From the NCBI GenBank assembly GCA_965224085.1, contig CBDCYI010000004.1, forward strand, positions 640,001 to 704,000: a stretch of 64,000 nt of DNA, read 5' to 3'. Position numbers and translations under genes: made by a program. The notes beneath the pieces are model-generated. The model was given only the letters and a program-made list of their open reading frames with translations, had not been told where the DNA came from and ran no database searches. Of this stretch, positions 1 to 7,939 are shown piece by piece. Position 1 is the first letter of the stretch; each line of letters opens with the position of its first letter. This DNA comes from Candidatus Marinacidobacterales bacterium (GTDB lineage Bacteria; Acidobacteriota; Vicinamibacteria; Marinacidobacterales; SMYC01).

Positions 1-334
1 ATACGCGATCACCATCCAGACTTCGTCCTCCGTCAGCCGAGCCGGGGCCCATCTCCGATCCGGGCACACCTTGCGAGATGACCCGGAACAGGTCGGCATC
101 GCTGTCGCCGTGAAGCCACGGGCCGTTCTTCAGATCCGGTCCCCGGTAGCCGAGCCCATCAAAGCCGTGGCAGACGCCGCACCGGTGCCGGTACATGTGC
201 ATCCCCTGCTCGAGAGCCTTCGGGTCTCCCTCCATCGCGTTCTGAACGCCCTCGGTCCGCGGAGCCGCAGCGCCGATCGCGACGAAGGCAAGCACGCTCG
301 AGGCCAACGCCCCGCAAGGATTCCTGTTCCGCAT
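1..334 (-). CDS. c-type cytochrome, runs off window start; apparent 1-nt frameshift near 40-52
   Basis: Not in ORF track. Manual translation from ATG 334: MRNRNPCGALASSVLAFVAIG...YRHRCGVCHGFDGLGYRGPDL...DADLFRVISQGVPGSEM, with CxxCH and an axial-Met-like EM. The typical tail LTEDEVWMVIAY is in an adjacent frame. Confidence 0.75.
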   Translation of the reverse strand, partial: MRNRNPCGALASSVLAFVAIGAAAPRTEGVQNAMEGDPKALEQGMHMYRHRCGVCHGFDGLGYRGPDLKNGPWLHGDSDADLFRVISQGVPGSEMGPGSADGGRSLDGDRV

Positions 335-499
335 CGTTGCTCACGTGTACCACATTCGAGGGAATCTGCCCACAGAAATGGGAGATGCTCCAAACCTGAA
401 ACTCAATCCGCCATCCAGGAGAACCAGTACTCGCGGCACCAGTAGTCGATGGTGCCCTGTGCGGTGTGATACTGGAGCCAGTTCCGAACCCAGTTCAGG

Positions 500-1134
500 A
501 ACCTCGCGTCGTTTCGTCGTATGGGCGGGGTGCCCGTACTCGCGGGCAAGGACGAGGCGTCGGCCGTCTCCCTCTCGAAGAAGAACGAGCCCAGGATTCT
601 GTTTCATGAAGATGCGCGTGACGGCGTCCGTCACCCAGGCATCGACGTCTCCGTTAGCGAGCGCGAGCACCGGCGATGTTCGATTCCAGGACCCGGGCGC
701 TGAAGAATCGACGGCCGACCACCTGGACGATCGAAGAGCCCGGTTCCACTCCGAAGCTCTTCGATGGTTCATCCAGTGCGGCGAGGCTCTCGATACCGGT
801 GTCGCTCCGAACCACGACCACGATCTCGGAGGGAAGCAACGGACCGGCGAAGTCCACATGAAGCGCCCTCTCAGGAGTGTTCGTATAGCTCATCAGCCAC
901 GTCGGCATCGAGTAACGCCGTCATGTGATCTGCCCAGGCGATGTCCACGAACTCCGGGCGCACTCCGAGATCCGAGGCCATGATCCGGCCCAGCTCGCAC
1001 ACCACGCCGCTCGGCTCGCTCGTCCGGGGATCCAAGTAGAACTCCGGGTGCGAGCCCTCTTCCGGAGGCGGTGTATAGGCCACCGCGACGCGCAAGACAC
1101 CGCGCTCGAGCACAAGGTCGAGGGTCGACGTCAT
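500..1134 (-). pseudogene. Polar amino-acid ABC substrate-binding protein (SBP family 3), frameshifted and 3' truncated
   Basis: Three successive frames: LDLVLERGVLRVAV...MASDLGVRPEFVDIAW; TNTPERALHVDFAGPLL; LALANGDVDAWVTD. The 3' boundary is approximate. Confidence 0.7.
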
Positions 1135-1326
1135 CGCCCTAATGCTTCCGGCTTTGTCGATATTCTTCTTTGCTGCGAAACGGACGGAGCATCACGCACA
1201 GCGCGAGAAAGCTAAGCCGTCGGTAGCGAGGCCGGCACAACATCGGTTTCTCCTTACGCGACGATGTATCACGTGGACAAGCCGGCTGCCAGCGGTTATA
1301 CAATCGCGCGGAGACTGGAGGCCGTC

Positions 1327-1583
1327 ATGAAACCGAGGTCATTGCACTCGCCTACCGCCGGGACAACGTCTATCCGGAAGCTTCGATCTGCGAGTTCCTT
1401 CCGGGCGCCGAGCCTATTTTCGAGGCCGCCAATACGATCCTGCAGGACAGAGTCATCTACGCAAGCGGATTCCCTTTTCGTCCCCTCGACGATTTGAACC
1501 GCTTTCTCGAATATCCCTTCGCGCCAGAGGTGGTCGACAAGCTCGTCTACGAAAACGCCGCTCGTCTTCTGAAGATCGAGTAA
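1327..1583 (+). pseudogene. Amidohydrolase_2 family C-terminal shard
   Basis: GGAGG plus ATG at 1327 is joined out of frame to EVIALAYRRDNVYPEAS...LQDRVIYASGFPFRP...VDKLVYENAARLLKIE* (TAA 1581-1583). Confidence 0.7.
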
Positions 1584-1808
1584 GGCAAACGAGCTAGCCG
1601 CGAAGTGAAATGGGCACTCGACGATCTTTCCCGCCGGCGGTGGTGCTTGCAACCCAGGGTCGGCGAGACGAAAATGCCTCCTCGAGCTGATCGCTTGATC
1701 AACGCCCTCCGCTTTCTCGTCGCACTGATCGCATTGAGCTCGTCGTGAAGCTCTGTTTGACTTCATCGGAGTGATTCCGTTAAACGTCTACTGACGAGGT
1801 TATCCATC

Positions 1809-2762
1809 GTGCGAATCGGGATTGGGCTCTGGTGTCTCCAGTCGACGGCGACAGCACCGCGGCCATTCGGCCAGGCCTATGCCGAATTGCGTGAGGACGC
1901 CAAGCTCGCGGAGAGGGTTGGGCTCGACAGCTTATGGCTATCGGAGCACCACGTGTTCTACGACGGGTACTGCCCGGCATTGCTGCCCTCAGCGTCGGCG
2001 GTACTGAGCGCTACGTCCCGGCTGCGTGTGGGTACCGGGGTTCTGCTCCTCCCTCTGCAACGCGCCGAGCGAGTGGCCGCCGGTGCCGCGGAGCTCCATC
2101 GGGTCTCCGGTGGACGATTCGAGTTGGGTTTGGGCATGGGGTACCGCGCGATCGAGTTCGAAGCCAAGGACCTGCGCATCGCCGATCGTCGAGCCCGTAT
2201 GGAGCGTGGCCTCGACGTGGTGGCCGCGAGCGCGTCCCCCGACGGACCACCGCTCTGGGTCGGGATGACGAGCGCGGCAGGAGCGCGCCGAGCCGGCCGT
2301 CGCGGGGCCGGTCTGTTCATCTCGGGCGCGTTTTCCAAGGAAGTGGTCGACGAGCTGGTCGCCGCGCACCGCGAGGCGTGGTCCGAGTCCGGGGAGCCGG
2401 GGGGCAACCCTCCGCCCATCGGTCTGCTGCGGAACGTTTGGGTAGTAGACGGCGAGGCAGAACGCCGGCGTGCGGTGGAATGGGTGCGGAGCAGCTACCT
2501 CGTCTACGCGGGGCTGGGATGGGGAGCCGCGGAACAGGGTGTCGATTTCGCTCGTCAGATCGAGGCGTCGATGGACACGGTGGGGTCTTCGGCAATCATC
2601 GGAACCGCCGACGAAGTCGTCGGTGGGTTGACTCGATACGATGACGTCGAGTTGATCGTGTGCCGGATCGGGTACGACGCGCTACCAAGGACGGCACTCA
2701 CCGAGGTGATCGAGCGCATCGGCTCCGAGGTCGCGCCCCAACTCGTCGAGGTTGGTTCATGA
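1809..2762 (+). CDS. LLM-class flavin-dependent oxidoreductase
   Basis: AERVGLDSLWLSEHH, RLRVGTGVLLLPL, SGGRFELGLGMGY; 317 aa. Confidence 0.9.
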   Translation: MRIGIGLWCLQSTATAPRPFGQAYAELREDAKLAERVGLDSLWLSEHHVFYDGYCPALLPSASAVLSATSRLRVGTGVLLLPLQRAERVAAGAAELHRVSGGRFELGLGMGYRAIEFEAKDLRIADRRARMERGLDVVAASASPDGPPLWVGMTSAAGARRAGRRGAGLFISGAFSKEVVDELVAAHREAWSESGEPGGNPPPIGLLRNVWVVDGEAERRRAVEWVRSSYLVYAGLGWGAAEQGVDFARQIEASMDTVGSSAIIGTADEVVGGLTRYDDVELIVCRIGYDALPRTALTEVIERIGSEVAPQLVEVGS

Positions 2763-3428
2763 GGCTCGGCTTGGTGCTCGAAGACGACGCCGAGCTCGGG
2801 CGGGCTCGCCACGCCGACGCGCTCGGTCTGTGGGCAGTCATGGTGACCGGCGCGCCAGGTACCGAAGTGATCCGGGCTGCAAGGGTCGCCGAGCAAACGG
2901 ATTTCGTTCGGGTCGTCGTGAAGGTGGACCTCTCCGCCGAGCACCCGTTGACGATCGCCGAGGAGCTCGCGGTCCTCGACAACCTATCGGGTGGACGTGC
3001 GGTTGCGATTGTGGCCGGCGACCCCGGACCCGAGACGCTTCGTCGATTCCGCGAGGCCCTCGTGGGTCGGCTGTCTCACGGGGTTGTGCTGGCCCCGCCA
3101 CCGGTGCAAACCGAGCTCCCGGTATGGCTAGCCGCGCCCGTAAAGGCGAGCGATGCTCCGATCGTGGCTGACTCGCCCACTGAGATCGTGGTCAGGCCAG
3201 GTCTTCCGGCTCCCGGCACATTCGCCCTCTCGGGTGAGCTTGCCCGCGACCGAGCCTTCATCGACGAGTGGCGTGATGCAAGCTGCACGCACCTCCTTGT
3301 TTCGTGGCCGGGTGAGGTGCAAGTACTGGCCCGTCATCTCGGCGACCCGCGCAGCTACGTCCGACTTTCCTTCCGTTGTCGCTGACCTGGCCGACAAGAT
3401 CGTACCGTTCGAGACAGAGTCGGACTGA
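2759..3428 (+). CDS. Short degenerate LLM-fold protein coupled to upstream LLM; probable frameshift near 3340
   Basis: ATGA overlap at 2759-2762. HPLTIAEELAVLDNLSGGR motif. C-terminus RAATSDFPSVVADLAD is in another frame. Confidence 0.65.
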
Positions 3429-3674
3429 CCATCACCGGTGGTGCTTCCGCCATCAAGTGATGCAACGCTGCCAAAGGCAGCGGCGAGGCAGCGAACGGAC
3501 CGCCACGGCTGAGTCGGCGACCAAGAACCGGATGGTCTTCGATGCTGAACCTGGGTGGCACGTCGAACAGACGCGAGCAATCGCTCTCGCTGATCTCTCG
3601 AGAGTCGCTCGCGCTGCGTTGGAACTGCGGGGCTGGGTTGGGAGGACGGAGGAGATGGACCTACTGTCTGAGCC

Positions 3675-3817
3675 CAACCTCACCTCCTTGTCTGGCTCCG
3701 GGAGCCTTTGCTGAGGTCACCGATACTGAACGAGGTGACGTTACCTCGTTCAAGCTGGAGAAATTCAGTGGAAGCCTCAGAGCAGGCTTTGGAATTTCCT
3801 TTCCTATCCTTTACCTT
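3675..3817 (+). mobile_element. IS91/ISCR-like oriIS remnant, copy A (diverged)
   Basis: GAGGTGACGTTACCTCGTTCAAGCTGGAGAA...GGCTTTGGAATTTCC(TTTCC)TATCCTT. Homologous to 27019-27094(-) and 32802-32877. Confidence 0.7.
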
Positions 3818-3933
3818 TAGACTGGTGACCGGCTTGACAGTAGTCCGTTGATCGGGCCGCGGTTTCCGCCGCGCGCAACCAATCCGTGATCAACGCACTG
3901 GCGTCCCGGCCCACCAGCTCAAGGAGTCATACG

Positions 3934-4398
3934 ATGCAAGCTCATCAAGTCGCGCTAGTTATCACGTTCGCTTTGCTCGGCGCGTCCTCCGCTGCCGCAC
4001 AGCAACCCGCCCGAAGCTCGACCATCGCGCGGAAGGGCGGAGTCATGCCGGGAAACGCCATCCCCGATGTTCCCCAGGAGGGGCGGCCGCTGGTGCTGAA
4101 GCGGGTGATCAACATCGACGAGCACACCGCCGACATCAGCGTCACCTGGGTGCGGATCTGGGGGCATCACGATAGGATCGTGAACGAGGTAAGTGACCGC
4201 GTCTACTATATCATCGATGGTGAAGGGCGGTTCCAGGTGGGAGACGGCGCCCCGATCGAGAAGGCCTCGGCTGGCGACTTCGTCTATATCCCCCGCAACG
4301 TGCCGTACGAGTTCGACGGCCAGATGCGGTACATCGTGATGAACGGCCCTGCCTACCGGACGGCATCCGACAAGGTGTTACCTCCGGTGATGAAGTAG
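3934..4398 (+). CDS. Secreted cupin-domain protein
   Basis: AAGGAG RBS, signal peptide ending AAA-QQ, cupin motifs YYIIDGEGRF and GDFVYIPRNVPY. Confidence 0.8.
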   Translation: MQAHQVALVITFALLGASSAAAQQPARSSTIARKGGVMPGNAIPDVPQEGRPLVLKRVINIDEHTADISVTWVRIWGHHDRIVNEVSDRVYYIIDGEGRFQVGDGAPIEKASAGDFVYIPRNVPYEFDGQMRYIVMNGPAYRTASDKVLPPVMK

Positions 4399-4540
4399 CC
4401 GGCGACCTGTCCCTCGTCATTACTCGTCAGGCCTTGCAATCAACGATTTACGCGCGCAGTTCCCGACTCAATAAGGCAAAACTCCGCCGCCATGCGCCGT
4501 GTTCTCGTTTTCCTCATCTGTCTTTGCGCCTGTGTGGTGA

Positions 4541-4795
4541 CGGAAGCTGCGCCAGAACCTGAGCGTTTATCTACGCAGGGTTCGGAAGGGAGAAACGCTC
4601 GAAGTGACCGAGCGTGGTCGATCGGTAGCGGTGTTGATACCGGTGCCTGAGCCGGCGACTCCTCTGAGCAGGTTGATCGCCCTAGGACGGGCTTCGAGAC
4701 CCGACGGGGATTTGCTGAATCTCGGGCGGCCCGCCGGAAAGCCCACGCGAGAGCTCAGCGAGGCGCTGGCGGAGATTCGCGACGAGCGGCCTTAA
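4541..4795 (+). pseudogene. vapB: Phd/YefM-type (VapB) antitoxin lacking native start
   Basis: RKLRQNLSVYLRRVRKGETLEVTERGRSVAVLIP preceded by an in-frame TGA. The only start is an internal GTG at 4604. Confidence 0.7.
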
Positions 4796-4804
4796 GAGAG
4801 ACGA

Positions 4805-5197
4805 TTGCTCTACGTGGACGCGTCAGCGATCGTAAAGCTGGTCGCGCCAGAGCCCGAAACAGACGCTCTCATCGCGTTGCTCGGCACGGACCCGGAACGT
4901 GTGTCGAGTGCTCTGGCTTTCGTGGAGGTGAGACGCGCCGTTCAGCGTGCGGGAGGTGATGAGGTGCTCGTTCGGCGCGCGCGAGCGGTTCTGTCCCGCA
5001 TCTCACTCATCAGAATCGACGATCCCGTGCTCCGAACCGCGGCCGAGTTGGATCCAAAAACGTTGCGGTCTCTAGACGCCATTCATCTTGCCACCGCGCT
5101 TTCCACCGTCGAGCCAGTGGCGGCGCTCGTAACCTACGACAGTCGTCTTCGGGACGCGTCGCGTCTTAACGGAATCGCAGTCGAGTCGCCGGCCTGA
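4805..5197 (+). CDS. vapC: PIN-domain VapC toxin
   Basis: LYVDASAIVKL, FVEVRRA, LRSLDAIHLATA, LVTYD; downstream of the antitoxin. Confidence 0.9.
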   Translation: MLYVDASAIVKLVAPEPETDALIALLGTDPERVSSALAFVEVRRAVQRAGGDEVLVRRARAVLSRISLIRIDDPVLRTAAELDPKTLRSLDAIHLATALSTVEPVAALVTYDSRLRDASRLNGIAVESPA

Positions 5198-5402
5198 ACG
5201 TTCCGTGAGGTTCCGCGCTCCTCCGAAACTGCAGTCTATTCTTTCAGCCGTGGCTGCCAACGCTACTCGCTCGTCTTCCCGACCGCTCATACGTCAATCT
5301 CCGACTACGCGCCCCCGGCTCGAGCTTGCTCATCAACACCTGCCGTCAACGCCGCCGACAAAGAGCTGAGCCGAGCTTCCTTTCCGCGGCGTCGACGAAG
5401 GG

Positions 5403-5833
5403 CTTTCGCTGGAGTGCGCCGTCGAGCGCGTCGTCGAGCTCGCGAACGATGTGCTCGAGCACCAAGGATGAGCATTCTGCTGGACGGCGATACTCGTGTT
5501 CTGGTGCAGGGCACTACGGGCCAGCAGGCGCGCGTCCACGTGCAGTACATGCGTCGTATTCTTCGGCGAGCCGGGGGGCGCACATGAAGTCGAAGCGCCG
5601 AGATCCTGTCTTCCGGTCGATTCACCAAGCCCGTCGTCGCCTTCGTGTGCGGAGAGGCGCTCGAAAGCCTCCCCCGAAGCGCGAGCTTCGGACACACGAG
5701 TCGACGGGTCGCGGTGGGAGAGTTTTCGGTAAGGGCTAAAAAGGAGCGCCTGCTCGCCGCTTTCGCTCACGTGGTCGACCGATTCGACGAGATTCCAGAG
5801 GCCGTAGCGAACGTTTTAGGCAGATCCCAGTAA
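5403..5833 (+). pseudogene. sucD: Succinyl-CoA-ligase alpha-like shard with large internal deletion, preceded by a beta-subunit-like tail
   Basis: ATG 5468 MSILLDGDTRVLVQGTTGQQARVH joins at ~5555 to VVFFGEPGG...KPVVAFVCG...SFGHT. Upstream LSLECAVERVVELA* overlaps the start (ATGA). Confidence 0.75.
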
Positions 5834-5913
5834 AAGGTTCTCGCTTCTAACCGCCCAGCCGGATACAATCCCCGGCAGTTTCGGCCCGTTCGACACATAG
5901 TCGAGGAGGTCCT

Positions 5914-6711
5914 TTGACGAGAATTACCGTTTTCGTTGTCGCGGCGCTCTTACCCGGGACGGCGTTGTCGGCCAGCCCACTCGACATTCACGAAGTCCTT
6001 CTCGACAACGGCTTCCGCGTCCTCGTCGTCGAGGACGACCGCGTGCCGCGCATTGCCGCGAGCCTGTGGTATCGGTTCGGATCGATGCAGGAGCCTGCCG
6101 GTGAGCACGGCGCCTCCCACTTTCTCGAGCACGTGATCCATCAGGGAACGACCACGATCGGAACGACCGACTTCCAGGCGGAGTTCCCGATTCTGCACGA
6201 GATTTACGAAGTGGAGCAGGAGCTTGTCGAGGAGCGCCGTCGCGCGCGCAACGAGCTGCGCATCCGTGACGTCTTCTAAGATGGAGGCGCTCCGAAAGCG
6301 ATTGTACGCGCTTGCGGACGAGAGCTCCCGGCACCGTGTCTTCTGGGCCGAGTACAACTGGTACCGGCGCTACGGCGCGCGAGCCCGCCATTTCGATCCG
6401 GTTCCCGCAACGACCGGAAGCGAGCACATGGACATCTCGATGGATCTTCCACGGGAGAACCTGGAGCTCCTCTTTTGTCTGGAAGCCGACGCGGATCGTC
6501 TCGCCCGGGCCCGCAAGGCTCTGCGGGTCGAATGGGAGCAGCTTCGATCGCACCGAAGCGACCTCGCTTGGACGCTCGGGCGATTTCAGGTCATGGACAG
6601 CTGGCGAACGCTCGCCAGACGGCGTCCGCCGAAGACCTGCAGCGGATAGCCCGGCAGTACCTCGTCCCGTCCAACCGCATCATCGGGTTGACACGTCGAG
6701 ATCCCTATTGA
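5914..6711 (+). pseudogene. M16 (insulinase) peptidase with internal stop and deletions
   Basis: LDNGFRVLVVED, WYRFGS, HFLEH (HxxEH). Stop at 6277-6279. C-terminal TASAEDLQRIARQYLVPSNR is in another frame. Confidence 0.75.
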
Positions 6712-6748
6712 TGTCTGTGCGAAGAAGCCTTTGACCCGGGAGACGACC

Positions 6749-7712
6749 ATGCGATGCGCTACGATCATCGGTACCACCCCGTTCTTTTTCATGGCGCTCG
6801 TGGCCGTGGAGGGTGCTGCGCGGGCGCAGTCTTGGACACCGCCGTCCGAGCAAGAGCGCTGCCCGAGCGGATGGGGAGCCGGCGACGAGAAGGGTGCGGC
6901 GAACCACATGGGGGCCCGACAGCGTGCTCCGGGCCGCCCGTCTCATCCGCACCGGAGAAGTCATCGAGCTCGCGCACGTGTTGTCGGAAACGATACCGCT
7001 CGGAGACCGGCACTTCGACTTGTATATGAAGCCCACAAGGATGAACCCGGAGTCCAACCGTCGCGGCTCGAATGAAGAGCTCGTCGTCGCGGAGATGGGG
7101 CAGGTGGGAACCCAGTTCGACGCGTTCGGCCACCAGACCATCGGCGACCACCTCTACAACTGTATCGAGCTGAGCGACGTCATGACCCGCTCCGGACTCA
7201 CGCGGCTGGGCGTAGAAAAGGTCGGCACGCTCATGACGCGAGGCGTTCTCATCGACGTGGCCGCGCTCAAAGGCGTTCCGATTCTGCCGGAGCGCTACGA
7301 GATCTCCGTAGAGGATCTCGAGCAGGCACTGCGGCGGCAGCAAGTGACGCTACAGGCCGGGGATGCCGTGCTGATCCACACCGGCTGGGGGACGCTCTTC
7401 AATAGCGAGCCCGAGCGCTTCGCAGCCAGTGGCCCCGGGATCGGGATCGCCGCGGCGGAGTGGCTCGTGGAGCGCGACCCGATGCTTCTCGGCGCGGACA
7501 ACACGCCTGTCGAGGTCTCGCCTAATCCCGACACTCAGATCTCTTTGCCGGTGCATCAGATCATGCTCGTGGTGAACGGCATCCACCTCGTCGAGCGGAT
7601 GAAGCTGGACAAGCTGGCCTCGCGACAGGTCTACGAGTTCGCCTTCGTCGTCCAACCGCTGAAGCTTCAGGGAGCGACGGGATCGACGGTTGCACCGGTC
7701 GCCATCCATTAA
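6749..7712 (+). CDS. Cyclase-family (kynurenine-formamidase-like) secreted hydrolase; frameshift in G-run near 6910
   Basis: Signal peptide and WGAGDEKGAANHM in one frame. GTQFDAFGH, RGVLIDVA, GDAVLIHTGW, GATGS in the next frame. Confidence 0.8.
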
Positions 7713-7911
7713 ATCAACCACCGGCTTAAGCCGGCTTAAGCCGGTGGATTGCGCGGGCGCGTCGACTGGAAGTCGACTTCATGCGCCCGCTTCATTCTCA
7801 ACCCCCCGACTTCAGTCGGGGGAGTCTCGTCCCCTTCGGGGACATCGACAATCTTTTCTTCGCCTGAAGGCGCCTGAAGGCGAGGGGTTTCCACCATCCC
7901 CGGACGAGACA
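7711..7911 (-). mobile_element. Non-autonomous IS200/IS605-type MITE (PATE-like)
   Basis: Reverse complement begins TTAG|TGTCTCGTCCGGGGATGGTGGAAACCCCTCGCCTTCAGGCG, matching the left end of the IS at 32933, and ends CCACCGGCTTAAGCCGGTGGTTG, like its right end. Five hairpins and no credible ORF. Confidence 0.8.
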
Positions 7912-7939
7912 CTAAACGGCGAAGCGCAACTCTGCTGGG

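Noticed and set aside
3430-3670. Short ORFs here and at 29239-29583, 47679-47840 and 48631-48759
   Set aside because: Probably further gene shards, but no family could be assigned.
6905-6920. Programmed frameshift or phase variation in the cyclase gene (also cytochrome c, BNR and OM barrel genes)
   Set aside because: Runs are short and there is no slippery heptamer. Sequencing indel or ordinary decay is more likely, and this cannot be resolved without reads.
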